Positions 8,942 to 17,706 of a DNA stretch of 64,000 nucleotides are shown one piece after another. This stretch comes from Oscillospiraceae bacterium. GTDB lineage: Bacteria; Bacillota; Clostridia; Oscillospirales; Ruminococcaceae. The notes under the pieces were generated by a model. That model saw only the letters and a list, made by a program, of their open reading frames with translations, had not been told where the DNA came from and searched no databases. The translations under genes were made by a program, and so were the position numbers. Each line of letters opens with the position of its first letter. The first letter of the stretch is position 1. Location of the stretch: the NCBI GenBank assembly GCA_021199795.1, contig JAJQHJ010000034.1, positions 27,270-91,269 of the forward strand, written 5' to 3'.

Positions 8942-10588
8942 ATGAGTAAGTTTAAGAGATTTCTGTCGCTCATAATGGCAATGGTTCTCACGGTCACCAT
9001 GCTTTCGGGCTGTGGCAGTGAGATTACTGAGACATTGACATCGGGCGATCCTGAGGTCACCGAGGTGCCTGAGGTAACCACTGAGGCTACAACAACGACC
9101 GAAGCAACCACAACCACAGCGGCTACAACCACCGAAGCCACAACAGTTGCCACAACCGAAGCCACCACTGAAGCGACAACAGCCGTAACAACTGCGTCCA
9201 CCTCTTCAAGCGACTACACCGTCGAAGCCATGAGCGCGACCATGTATGCCACCTATTCGGTAAACGTAAGAAGCGGTCCATCGGTTGACTATGACAGAAT
9301 AGGCGGCTATGCCCAGGGCGCAGAGGTCACAGTTACAGGACGTGCCTCCACCGGCTGGTATCAGGTTGACTATAAGGGCAAGACAGGATATGTTTCAAGC
9401 TCATATCTTTCCAGCGATCCGGTTGCTACAACCGCAACAACCACTGCGAATGATGACTCTGTAGACCTTGATGACGATTCCGCAACAACTACCAGCACAA
9501 CAAGCTCATCCAGCTCAAGCTCCTCCTCTGTAATATCCGTTTCCGCAGGCGACTGGGCTGAGGATAACGGCTGGGAGACCATCATAAGCTACATGAAAGA
9601 AGACAGATTTGTATCTGTCCTCAATGAAATCATGACAGGCGTTCAGAACTTTGAGTCGGTCATCTACCTTGGCGACTATGTCACCGAGAGCGAGGCATAT
9701 AACTTTGCAAACCTCATTCTTCCGATGGTATGCGTCGAATATTGCTATGTTTCCTCCATCGAAGCCTACACTGGCGGCGGATACATGAGCCGTTTCGTCA
9801 TCAACTACAATGTCGATTCCGACACCGAGGGAACACAGATGGTCAGCGAGCTGAGAACAGTTGCAAACAAGGTTATTGCTAACCTTAAGAGCTCAATGTC
9901 CGATTACGAAAAGGTCAAGTACCTCACCGACTGGCTTGTCAAGAACTGCGCATATAACGGCGACACCTCCACCTGCAACACGGCATACGGTTCAGTGGTT
10001 GAGGGAGCTGCAAACTGCCAGGGCTATGCCAAGGGTCTCTTCTATCTTCTTGCAAAAGCCGGATTTGACGTCGTATTCTGCGAGGGTGTAGGCGATTCAG
10101 CCAAGCACCTCTGGGTCAAGGTAAAGGTAAATGGCACATGGACAAACATCGACCCGACGTGGTGTGACCCGAGAACTCCTACAACCGTCGACCCGACCTA
10201 TGTTGACTATTCGTTCCTCTGTGTAAACGACGACTTCATGGCTGCTACCCATGCTGAAGTTTACGATATGGAATTCTATAGCGTTCCGTCAGCTACAAGC
10301 ACCAAGTATGACTGGTATGTCCTCAACGGCTGCTATGCAACAAGCCTGAGCGAAGCTGTAAGCATCCTCGAGTCTGCAACCAAGACTGCAATAGCCGAGG
10401 GATCTGAGTATGTATATGTCAGAATCAAGGTTTCGTCCTCGAGCATATATGACGACCTCGCTTCCTCCTACAAGCAGTCGGGCTACAACAAGAAGATTCT
10501 TGCCAACATAACCTCGAAGTACACCTGCGACGGCGTTCTTCCGAGAGAGGCAGGTCTGTACAGAGTATACCGTCTTAAACTGAATTAA
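8942..10588 (+). CDS. secreted lipoprotein: Thr/Glu/Ala linker + SH3b-like domain + transglutaminase-like core
   Basis: Lipobox LSGC. TTEATTTT-type repeats. SH3b-like segment YATYSVNVRSGPSVDYDRIGGYAQGAEVTVTG...GWYQVDYKGKTGYVSSSYL. Core AANCQGYAKGLFYLL...KHLWVKV...NIDPTWCD. Paralogue of 7592-8866. Confidence 0.7.
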   Translation: MSKFKRFLSLIMAMVLTVTMLSGCGSEITETLTSGDPEVTEVPEVTTEATTTTEATTTTAATTTEATTVATTEATTEATTAVTTASTSSSDYTVEAMSATMYATYSVNVRSGPSVDYDRIGGYAQGAEVTVTGRASTGWYQVDYKGKTGYVSSSYLSSDPVATTATTTANDDSVDLDDDSATTTSTTSSSSSSSSSVISVSAGDWAEDNGWETIISYMKEDRFVSVLNEIMTGVQNFESVIYLGDYVTESEAYNFANLILPMVCVEYCYVSSIEAYTGGGYMSRFVINYNVDSDTEGTQMVSELRTVANKVIANLKSSMSDYEKVKYLTDWLVKNCAYNGDTSTCNTAYGSVVEGAANCQGYAKGLFYLLAKAGFDVVFCEGVGDSAKHLWVKVKVNGTWTNIDPTWCDPRTPTTVDPTYVDYSFLCVNDDFMAATHAEVYDMEFYSVPSATSTKYDWYVLNGCYATSLSEAVSILESATKTAIAEGSEYVYVRIKVSSSSIYDDLASSYKQSGYNKKILANITSKYTCDGVLPREAGLYRVYRLKLN

Positions 10589-10821
10589 CGGTCTATAATC
10601 TGACTTGTCAGTTTGAATAGATGTCCAAGAAAATATGTTTGATTGTGCAGGTTGTACAAAACTAACATTGGAATTTCGGCGAAATGCACATTTCATTTTC
10701 CGACGATATGTGTTATAATGTTTAGGTACTTGTAATCCGTGTGAAGCTGTTGTCACGCTTTCCATCGTTTACATAAGAAATCCCGTTGTGAAAATCACAC
10801 TATTGAAAGGAAACATTTACT

Positions 10822-12255
10822 ATGGCTAAAAGACTAATTGCGATCGCTATGGTTGCGCTGATGATAGTCGCTCTGGTTGGATGCGGAAGCTCCAAGCGTG
10901 AAATTGTCCAGCTCACCCTTTCGACCGAGGACTCCACTGCAATTCTTGCAGCGGCGGGCATCATGCTTCCCGACGCTGAGACAGCGGCCGGAGCCAACAC
11001 CACCATCAAGTTCCACAAGTGGACTGACGACTTCCACAACTATTCCGAGGACGAAGTCATCAATACCGGTTACTGGACCTTCGTCAACAAGTACGGCGGA
11101 GAGGTAGATTGGATTGAGTGTACATACGAGAATCGTTTCGACGATCTTGCTAACCTCGTTCTTTCGAGTCAGTCGCCTGACTTCACCACCTGTTCTGTAA
11201 CCACATTCCCTTACTACTGCCTGAAGGGCATCTTCGTACCTGTTGATGACTACATCGACTACACTGACGCTCTCTGGGAGGGAACAGCTGATTTCGCGGC
11301 CAACTACTTCTCAATCGGCGGACAGAACTATGCTATAGTCACCGATATCAAGGCTACCACTGTTATCGCTTATAACAGAAGAGTCATTGAGGAATGGGGC
11401 TATGACGATCCTGCAGAACTCTACTACAATGATGAGTGGACATGGGATGTATTCTATGAAATGTGCGTAGACTTCTCCGACCCCGACGAGGACAGATACG
11501 CTCTCGACGGCTGGTACTGGGAGCAGGCTATCATTGACTCAACCGGTGTAACAGTCATTGCTCTTGAAGATGGCGTATTCGTTTCCGACATCGACAATCC
11601 TCTTCTTGAAGAGGCTGAGGCTCTTATCTACGACCTCAACAAGAATGACTGCATCTACCCGAGATGGAACAATTCCTATCAGTGCCGTAACTCCAACACT
11701 GTTGGTGCTGGCGTCAAGGAAGGTCTGACACTCTTCTATCCTGTAGAGAAGTGGGGCTTCACCGATACAGTTGAGAATATCAGCGCAATCTGGGGCGACA
11801 TCACCGAGGGCGAAGTCATGTTCTGCCCGATGCCTCGTGACGAAGACGGCGACGGCAACTACTACCTGGCTGCTCAGCCTGTAGGATATCACATCATTCA
11901 GGGTGCTGCAAATCCTGAAGCGGTTGTACTTCTCTCCGCTTGCGAGAGATTCAAGGTTCTTGACCCGACCGTTATCGACATCGACACCAAGCAGCTCAAG
12001 GAAACCTACTTGTGGACCGACGAAATGCTTGATATGCTCGATGAGACCTACACCCTCGTCAACAACTATCAGATCGTTAACTTCACCTCCGGATGCCAGT
12101 CGGCTCTTTCCGATGCTGTTGGAAACCTTATCGGCGGAACCCTTGGCAACAATCCTTCGACATGGGCACAGCTCAAGGAGACCTACTCTGAGAGAATTGC
12201 GTACTACGTTGAAGAGCTCAATGCGATGTTTGCCGGCGAAATTGAAGTAGACTAA
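10822..12255 (+). CDS. lipoprotein, probable extracellular solute-binding protein (ABC family-1 type)
   Basis: 477 aa. Lipobox LVGCGSS. Trp/Tyr/Asp-rich composition and size typical of Clostridia sugar-binding lipoproteins. No transporter partner is adjacent. The family call is tentative. Confidence 0.45.
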   Translation: MAKRLIAIAMVALMIVALVGCGSSKREIVQLTLSTEDSTAILAAAGIMLPDAETAAGANTTIKFHKWTDDFHNYSEDEVINTGYWTFVNKYGGEVDWIECTYENRFDDLANLVLSSQSPDFTTCSVTTFPYYCLKGIFVPVDDYIDYTDALWEGTADFAANYFSIGGQNYAIVTDIKATTVIAYNRRVIEEWGYDDPAELYYNDEWTWDVFYEMCVDFSDPDEDRYALDGWYWEQAIIDSTGVTVIALEDGVFVSDIDNPLLEEAEALIYDLNKNDCIYPRWNNSYQCRNSNTVGAGVKEGLTLFYPVEKWGFTDTVENISAIWGDITEGEVMFCPMPRDEDGDGNYYLAAQPVGYHIIQGAANPEAVVLLSACERFKVLDPTVIDIDTKQLKETYLWTDEMLDMLDETYTLVNNYQIVNFTSGCQSALSDAVGNLIGGTLGNNPSTWAQLKETYSERIAYYVEELNAMFAGEIEVD

Positions 12256-12289
12256 TCAAAGCAATCCTTATAAATTAGATTTCAAGAGT

Positions 12290-12315
12290 CCGCTCTCATA
12301 TGAGGGCGGGCTTTT
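12290..12315 (+). terminator. intrinsic terminator
   Basis: CCGCTCTCA-TA-TGAGGGCGG stem followed by GCTTTT. Confidence 0.6.
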
Positions 12316-12354
12316 GCATATTCTGTACAAAAAAGAACTTTTGGAGGAATAGAT

Positions 12355-12636
12355 ATGAATACTAGTGACGCACCACTTAAAAAGCACAATCTGATTCTTG
12401 AGGACAGAGAGAAGCTTTCGCTTTCTGGGGTGACGGATGTTGAGAGCTTTGATGACACCGAGGTTTCGCTCTACACTTCTCAGGGCGAGCTGGTGATAAG
12501 GGGGAAGAATCTCCACGTGGACGAGATAAGCCTTGAAACCGGAGACCTGGAAATGTCGGGAGAAGTGAAGTCGCTTATCTATGGCGACAGGGACAGGACG
12601 AAAAAGCCGACACTGTGGAAGAAGATTACGAGGTGA
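12355..12636 (+). CDS. yabP: sporulation protein YabP
   Basis: 93 aa. LILEDREKLSLSGVTDVESFDDTEVSLYTSQGELVIRGKNLHV is the YabP family pattern. Followed by yabQ and divIC, as in Bacillus. Confidence 0.85.
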   Translation: MNTSDAPLKKHNLILEDREKLSLSGVTDVESFDDTEVSLYTSQGELVIRGKNLHVDEISLETGDLEMSGEVKSLIYGDRDRTKKPTLWKKITR

Positions 12637-12641
12637 ATAGT

Positions 12642-13058
12642 ATGACTTTCAACCCCGGTTCATTCACCGGAGTATCGGAAGAGCTGAAAATGCTTGGGCT
12701 GGCGGCGATTGTCGGGGCAGTCCTGGGTGCCGGGTATGATATCTTAAGAGTGTTCAGGATCACATTTCCGCACCGTGCCTGGATGGTGTTTATGGAGGAT
12801 TTTCTGTTCACCGTCTTTTCGGGAATGGTCTTTTTCCTGTTCTCGGTGGAAATGCTTGAGGGGAAGCTAAGGCTCTACGTGCTTGCAGGAATGCTGGCGG
12901 GATTCACAGCGTATCTTCTGACCATCGGCAGAATTATCTCGGGATTCTTCAGACTTATGGCAAATATTCTCAGAAAAGCCACCCAATTTGCAGCCGAAAA
13001 GCTCAGAAAAGCGATTCCGGCAAAAAAATTTCCCGGAAAAATAAAAAAATCCTCCTAA
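12642..13058 (+). CDS. yabQ: spore cortex biosynthesis protein YabQ
   Basis: Start moved to ATG 12642, behind GAGGTGA. Small multi-TM protein in the conserved position after yabP. Confidence 0.7.
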   Translation: MTFNPGSFTGVSEELKMLGLAAIVGAVLGAGYDILRVFRITFPHRAWMVFMEDFLFTVFSGMVFFLFSVEMLEGKLRLYVLAGMLAGFTAYLLTIGRIISGFFRLMANILRKATQFAAEKLRKAIPAKKFPGKIKKSS

Positions 13059-13130
13059 ATGACTTGCAAGATGCGCTCCGAATGTTGTATAATATACCTT
13101 GCATAACTATCTCAGATTGGAGGGTTGAAA

Positions 13131-13481
13131 ATGTCTGCAAGAACGCAGGATGTCAGAAGCGACAGACCGCAGTCCAGAACACAGATGAAATCTGCACGTA
13201 AGCAGCCCCATAAAGCAGGACGCTTTGTTCAGCTTATCTTTTTCTCAACCCTTCTCGTCTATGCGGCGTCGGTAATCATCAACACGCAGGCGGAAATCGC
13301 TGAGCAGAAAGCTACCATCGAGAAGCTCGAAGCCGAAATCGTCGAGGCACAACAGGAAAACGATGAATACACAAGGCTTCTAAGCGACGACGATGAGTAC
13401 GAATACATGCTCTCTGCCGCCATCGAGCGCGGGTATGCCTATCCGCGTGAAACCAGATACTACGCAAAGTCGGTTGAATGA
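13131..13481 (+). CDS. divIC: septum formation initiator (DivIC/FtsB family)
   Basis: Start moved to ATG 13131, behind GGAGGG. One TM helix then a coiled coil (AEIAEQKATIEKLEAEIVEAQQENDEY). Conserved position. Confidence 0.7.
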   Translation: MSARTQDVRSDRPQSRTQMKSARKQPHKAGRFVQLIFFSTLLVYAASVIINTQAEIAEQKATIEKLEAEIVEAQQENDEYTRLLSDDDEYEYMLSAAIERGYAYPRETRYYAKSVE

Positions 13482-13592
13482 TCCTTGAGGACGGACTTTG
13501 TCTGCATAAACGAAAAATGTGGGGGGTTATGATAACGCAGCATTGGGCTTCCAACGCTGCAAATAAGTCATGAAAGAGGAAAAAGTAAATTT

Positions 13593-14222
13593 ATGCAGCT
13601 TGAAGAGGGTAGCATTATCGAGGGCAGAGTCACCGGTATTCAGAAATTCGGCGCATTTATCGACATCGGCGGAGGCAAAAACGGAATGGTTCACATTTCG
13701 GAGGTCTCTCCTACATACGTTGCCGACATCAACGACTTCCTGAAAGTCGGGCAGATTGTTAAAGTCAAGGTCATTTCAATTGATGAGAGGGGCAAGGTCG
13801 CACTTTCCATAAAGAGGGCACTCCCTCCCAGGGAACCGGCTCCGCATCATCCGAGAAACGGGCAGCCTGGCGGGCACCCAGGAGGGCGTCAGGGTCATCC
13901 CGGAGGTAATCAGGGCGGACAGCCTGGCGGCAGAGACAATCGCGGCGGCTACAACCAGGGTCGCGACAATGGCATGTACGACAAAGACAAGGACAAGGAT
14001 TCCCAGCCGGCAAGGCACTATTCGCAGAAAAAGCCTGTGAAAAAGGAGGAACCGAGCCTCGAATCACTCGAAAACGCCGAGTATGCCTATGAGCCGAGAA
14101 GCACCACTACCGATGCCAACTTTGAAGACATGCTCTCAAAGTTTAAGTCTTCAAGCGAAGACAGAATGTCCGACCTCAAACGCTCAATGGACGTCAAGAA
14201 GCGCGGGACGAGGAGAAGATAA
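13593..14222 (+). CDS. S1 RNA-binding domain protein (YabR-like) with Gly/Pro/Gln-rich tail
   Basis: N-terminal S1 fold GSIIEGRVTGIQKFGAFIDIGGGKNGMVHISEV...VKVKVISID. The remainder is low-complexity (HPGG/QPGG repeats). Confidence 0.8.
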   Translation: MQLEEGSIIEGRVTGIQKFGAFIDIGGGKNGMVHISEVSPTYVADINDFLKVGQIVKVKVISIDERGKVALSIKRALPPREPAPHHPRNGQPGGHPGGRQGHPGGNQGGQPGGRDNRGGYNQGRDNGMYDKDKDKDSQPARHYSQKKPVKKEEPSLESLENAEYAYEPRSTTTDANFEDMLSKFKSSSEDRMSDLKRSMDVKKRGTRRR

Positions 14223-14283
14223 GGGCAGACTGTTGGTCTTAGGATCAGAGTTCTGGCATATCACTGGCAATACATAGAGACGA

Positions 14284-14314
14284 AACCGTGCCGTTTCGCG
14301 CACGGTTCTCTTTT
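14284..14314 (+). terminator. intrinsic terminator
   Basis: AACCGTGC-loop-GCACGGTT stem followed by CTCTTTT. It lies inside the 5' end of the track ORF 14288, which argues for the later start of the next gene. Confidence 0.6.
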
Positions 14315-14332
14315 ATGGGATTTGGAGGAACC

Positions 14333-15061
14333 ATGGTGAAGTTGAAATCATTCGGTAAGAGGTTTATGGCTGTCATGACCGCGGCGGTTATCCTTATGAG
14401 CCTCAGTGCCTGCGGGGAGAGCGAGCCGGTAGCAGGCGAGGACTATATCCTGGCGGCTCGGGCTGAGTATGTTGAACTCGATTCCGCACGGGTTGACATC
14501 GTCAACGACGACACCGGAGAGTCGGAGCAGATATTCATCTATAAGTATGACGAGGTGGGTCTTATGACTTACTCCTACTATGCCGTTTCCGGCGACACGG
14601 TTATCGCCCAGTTCAACAACGGCTATGAACAGTACACCGAGGAAAACGGGGCAGTGACCTATCTTGACACCGGTGACGCCAGCTTTACCTCCTACACAAA
14701 GGACGTTCCCTACCCGATGGCGGATGAGGGCTTGATCCTCTTCTACAAGAAAGCTGTCAACACCGAGACCTCCTACATCGCGACAAACGAGCTTGCAATC
14801 GAGGTCTGCCACTACTACGACATTTCAAAGCTTGGCTCTGTCGACACTATCGACAACATGACCGGCTTCAAGGTGCTCTACTACTTCGACGGCGAAGGCA
14901 ACTTCCTCTTCCTGAGAGAGGTCACCGAGGTCACGAACGATGACGGCAGCATCACCGAATATTCCTACTCTATTTATATAACCGAAAAGAATGAGGTCGG
15001 AACCGTTCCGAACTATATTGATATTTCGAAAGTTGATGAAGAGGTTGGGAAAGAAGTATGA
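14333..15061 (+). CDS. lipoprotein of unknown function
   Basis: Start moved to ATG 14333, behind GGAGGA. Signal peptide plus lipobox LSACGES. I recognise no family. Confidence 0.6.
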   Translation: MVKLKSFGKRFMAVMTAAVILMSLSACGESEPVAGEDYILAARAEYVELDSARVDIVNDDTGESEQIFIYKYDEVGLMTYSYYAVSGDTVIAQFNNGYEQYTEENGAVTYLDTGDASFTSYTKDVPYPMADEGLILFYKKAVNTETSYIATNELAIEVCHYYDISKLGSVDTIDNMTGFKVLYYFDGEGNFLFLREVTEVTNDDGSITEYSYSIYITEKNEVGTVPNYIDISKVDEEVGKEV

Positions 15062-15143
15062 TTTGTGCACTCTGCACAAATCGCTGCCCCAAAATCCGCC
15101 AAATTTTCTACGTCAAAAAATCCACACAAATCGTGAAAAGTGC

Positions 15144-15172
15144 TTGCAATTGTATTTCAAAAGTGATATTAT
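15144..15172 (+). promoter_or_regulatory. strong sigma-A promoter with extended -10 (TTGCAA-17-TGaTATTAT)
   Basis: TTGCAA at 15144-15149, TG at 15164-15165, TATTAT at 15167-15172. This is the only good promoter I can find upstream of rpsJ. Confidence 0.6.
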
Positions 15173-15179
15173 AATCACT

Positions 15180-15456
15180 GCGTGACTGCAAAAGATATGC
15201 GATGAAGCTGGAGGTTGCCGGCGGTATGCCGGGTAATTTCAGCCGAGTATGTCCGATTTTAAACCGGGCGACTGTAATAGCAACACGGTACTGTGGTACT
15301 TAGTGCTTGCCGGAAGCGAGCGCGAGGGTGTGCAAACTCCCAAGTGCAACTGCGAAAGGCGAAGCAGATTAAGGGCGATTTTGCGCTCTTGAGTCAGAAA
15401 CCAAGCTCCGATGCGATTTATGTGTCCCGCCGAAAACAAGATTTTTCGGCTTTTTT
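15180..15456 (+). ncRNA. unclassified ~275-nt structured RNA: either the leader/attenuator of the S10 operon or an independent sRNA
   Basis: Bounded by the promoter above and an intrinsic terminator. Contains several GC-rich hairpins, e.g. CCGGC-GGUAU-GCCGG at 15218-15232 enclosed by GCUGGA/UUCAGC. Has no SD-preceded ORF. Confidence 0.45.
15429..15456 (+). terminator. intrinsic terminator / attenuator upstream of rpsJ
   Basis: GCCGAAAA-CAAGAT-TTTTCGGC stem followed by TTTTTT (15451-15456). Confidence 0.75.
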
Positions 15457-15549
15457 CATGGGGATGCAGGAAACACACGGATTCGTGTTAAAAAACAGAT
15501 GGGATAATCCCAGCCCCCAATAATCGTTAGCTTTAAGGAGGCGTTTTTA

Positions 15550-15864
15550 ATGGCAGTCAATGAAAAAATCAGAATCAAGATCAAGGGCTACGAGCACACC
15601 AACGTCGATGCAGCAGCGGCTAAGATAGTCGAGGCAGCAAAGCGTTCCGGCGCACAGGTATCAGGTCCCATTCCTCTTCCCACTGAGAGAGAAATCGTAA
15701 CCGTACTTCGCTCCGTATTCGTCAACAAGGACAGCCGTGAGCAGTTTGAGATGAGAATCCACAAGAGACTCATCGACGTGCTTCACCCCACCAACGACAC
15801 AACTGCAGCTCTGCAGAATCTTGAGCTTCCCGCCGGTGTGGATATCGTAATGGAGATCAAGTAA
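15550..15864 (+). CDS. rpsJ: 30S ribosomal protein S10
   Basis: 104 aa, [10 protein letters not shown]...[15 protein letters not shown] at 15535-15541. Confidence 0.97.
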   Translation: MAVNEKIRIKIKGYEHTNVDAAAAKIVEAAKRSGAQVSGPIPLPTEREIVTVLRSVFVNKDSREQFEMRIHKRLIDVLHPTNDTTAALQNLELPAGVDIVMEIK

Positions 15865-15955
15865 TCTCCCAAGGAAATCGAGAACGATTTCTCAGCGAGA
15901 TCCCGCGACAGGTCAAGTCGGTAGAACCGACCAATAACCATTAGGAGGAAACAAA

Positions 15956-16591
15956 ATGAAGAAAGGCATCATCGGAAAGAAGATCGGTATGACCCAGGTC
16001 TTCGACGATAAGGGAAGAGTTATTCCCGTATCGGTCATCGAGGCAGGTCCTTGCGTGGTAGTCCAGAAGAAGACTGCCGAGAACGACGGCTATGAAGCCG
16101 TGCAGCTCGGGTTCGGCGACACCACCGCAAAGAGCTTAAAGAAGCCTCTCACAGGTCATTTCAAGAAGGCTGACGTTGCCCTCAAGAAGACTCTCAAGGA
16201 ATTCAGACTTGAGGATATCTCGGGAATGAACGTAGGCGACATCGTAAAGGCTGACATCTTCGCTGAGGGCGAGATCGTCGACGTTTGCGGCACCAGCAAG
16301 GGTAAAGGATTTTCCGGCACAATCAAGCGTTGGAACACCCACAGACTCAAGGAAACCCACGGTACAGGACCTGTTCACCGTGAGGCAGGTTCCATGAACG
16401 CTTGCTCCAGCCCGTCAAGAATCTACAAAGGAAAGAAAATGCCGGGTCACCTCGGTGCTGAGAGAGTTACAATCCAGAACCTCGAAGTCATCAAGGTTGA
16501 CGCCGAGAACAACCTTATCGCTGTAAAGGGAGCTATCCCTGGTCCTAAGAACGGCATCGTAACCGTTTGCAACAGCGTTAAGAAAGCTTAG
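15956..16591 (+). CDS. rplC: 50S ribosomal protein L3
   Basis: 211 aa, [16 protein letters not shown]...[12 protein letters not shown]. Confidence 0.97.
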   Translation: MKKGIIGKKIGMTQVFDDKGRVIPVSVIEAGPCVVVQKKTAENDGYEAVQLGFGDTTAKSLKKPLTGHFKKADVALKKTLKEFRLEDISGMNVGDIVKADIFAEGEIVDVCGTSKGKGFSGTIKRWNTHRLKETHGTGPVHREAGSMNACSSPSRIYKGKKMPGHLGAERVTIQNLEVIKVDAENNLIAVKGAIPGPKNGIVTVCNSVKKA

Positions 16592-16608
16592 TGGAAGGAG
16601 GAAGTACA

Positions 16609-17232
16609 ATGTCAAAGGTTTCCGTATACGATATTAAAGGCAATGTAGTTGCCGACACTGAGCTTAACGACAGCATCTGGGGAATCGAACCCAACACCGC
16701 TGTTATGCACACAATGGTTGTCAATTATCTCGCAAATCAGAGACTGGGCACTCAGTCCACACTCACTAGAACAGAGGTATCCGGCGGCGGTAAGAAGCCC
16801 TGGAGACAGAAAGGAACCGGTCATGCAAGACAGGGCTCCATCCGTTCTCCCCAGTGGACACACGGCGGAATCGCTCTTGGACCGAAGCCCCGCAGCTACA
16901 GATTCACAGTCAACAAGAAGACAAGAAGACTCGCTATGAAGTCAGCTCTCTCTTCAAAGCTCGCTGAGAACGAGGTAGTCGTAGTTGACAGCATCAGCTT
17001 CGACGAAATCAAGACAAAGAACGTCGTTTCGATGCTTTCCGCACTCGGAGCAGAGGGCAAGACCCTTATCGTTATGCCTGCATCCGACGAGAAAGTCATC
17101 AAGAGTGCAAGAAACATTCCTGGTGTCAAGACCACTCTTGTGAACACTCTGAATGTTTACGACATCCTTAACTGCAACAAGTTTGTAGTTGCCAAGGACG
17201 CCGTCACCAAGATCGAGGAGGTTTACTGCTGA
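16609..17232 (+). CDS. rplD: 50S ribosomal protein L4
   Basis: Start moved from GTG 16591 to ATG 16609 (MSKVSVYDIKG), behind GGAAGGAGG. Contains GGGKKPWRQKGTGHARQGS. Confidence 0.95.
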   Translation: MSKVSVYDIKGNVVADTELNDSIWGIEPNTAVMHTMVVNYLANQRLGTQSTLTRTEVSGGGKKPWRQKGTGHARQGSIRSPQWTHGGIALGPKPRSYRFTVNKKTRRLAMKSALSSKLAENEVVVVDSISFDEIKTKNVVSMLSALGAEGKTLIVMPASDEKVIKSARNIPGVKTTLVNTLNVYDILNCNKFVVAKDAVTKIEEVYC

Positions 17233-17528
17233 TGGAAAAGGTTGCTCAGGACATCATTCTGAAGCCGGTTATCACCGAAGCTTCTATGGAGGATCTTCAG
17301 GCTGGCAAGTACACTTTCAGAGTTGCAAAGACCGCCAATAAGATCGAAATAAAGGACGCCGTTGAGGAAATCTTCGGTGTCAAGGTTGCCAAGGTTCACA
17401 CGATCAATGTTCGTGGACGCCATCGCAGGATGGGCAGAACTGAGGGCAAGACCTCAGACTGGAAAAAGGCAATCGTTACGCTTGCCGAGGGCTCAAAGAC
17501 CATCGCTTTCTTTGATGGCATGATCTGA
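17232..17528 (+). CDS. rplW: 50S ribosomal protein L23
   Basis: 98 aa, ILKPVITEASM...YTFRVAKTANKIEIKDAVEEIFGVKV. Confidence 0.96.
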   Translation: MEKVAQDIILKPVITEASMEDLQAGKYTFRVAKTANKIEIKDAVEEIFGVKVAKVHTINVRGRHRRMGRTEGKTSDWKKAIVTLAEGSKTIAFFDGMI

Positions 17529-17706
17529 TGCGACTGAAGTCGCACGGAGCCTGAGAGTGATTGAGACCACACGGGTCTGACAAGCTCTCACATTCCGGCA
17601 AGTAGAACGCCCGCAAGCGAGCGTTCTTGACACGCTCAAGCGTGGTAAGTATGGGAGCTAAGTTGACACGGCTCTCGCAAAACACTAATAAGGAGTGAAA
17701 AATTAC
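17529..17706 (+). promoter_or_regulatory. 178-nt structured spacer inside the S10 operon (rplW-rplB)
   Basis: Hairpins GCGAC-TGAA-GTCGC, AGACC-ACACG-GGTCT, AGAACGC-N10-GCGTTCT and CACGC-TCAA-GCGTG, plus two TTGACA boxes. These genes normally abut. Confidence 0.35.

Noticed and set aside
9060-9200. Short tandem repeats (ACC GAA GCC ACA ACA-like) that might look like a CRISPR or VNTR array
   Set aside because: They are in-frame coding repeats for a Thr/Glu/Ala linker of a lipoprotein. They are degenerate and have no spacer structure. A similar linker occurs at 44200-44310 in the serpin.
10289-10765. 158-aa minus-strand ORF spanning the 10589-10821 intergenic region
   Set aside because: More than half of it is antisense to the transglutaminase-like gene's 3' end. 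It has no SD and an arbitrary composition. The intergenic part is better explained as the promoter and leader of the 10822 gene.
15180-15456. Attempted assignment of the pre-rpsJ RNA to SRP RNA, T-box, cobalamin riboswitch, 6S, RNase P or tmRNA
   Set aside because: - **SRP:** A UGUAAU and a GAAGCAG...UUAAGG stretch are superficially SRP-like, but the invariant helix-8 GGAA/GGAAGCAGC geometry is absent.
- **T-box:** GUGGUAC resembles a T-box fragment but lies 130 nt from the terminator.
- **Cobalamin:** GCGACUGUAAU resembles the B12 box, but the other core blocks and a B12-related downstream gene are missing.
- **RNase P, tmRNA, 6S:** No GAGGAAAGUCC (RNase P), no GGGG...CCACCA ends (tmRNA), and too long for 6S.

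Left unclassified.
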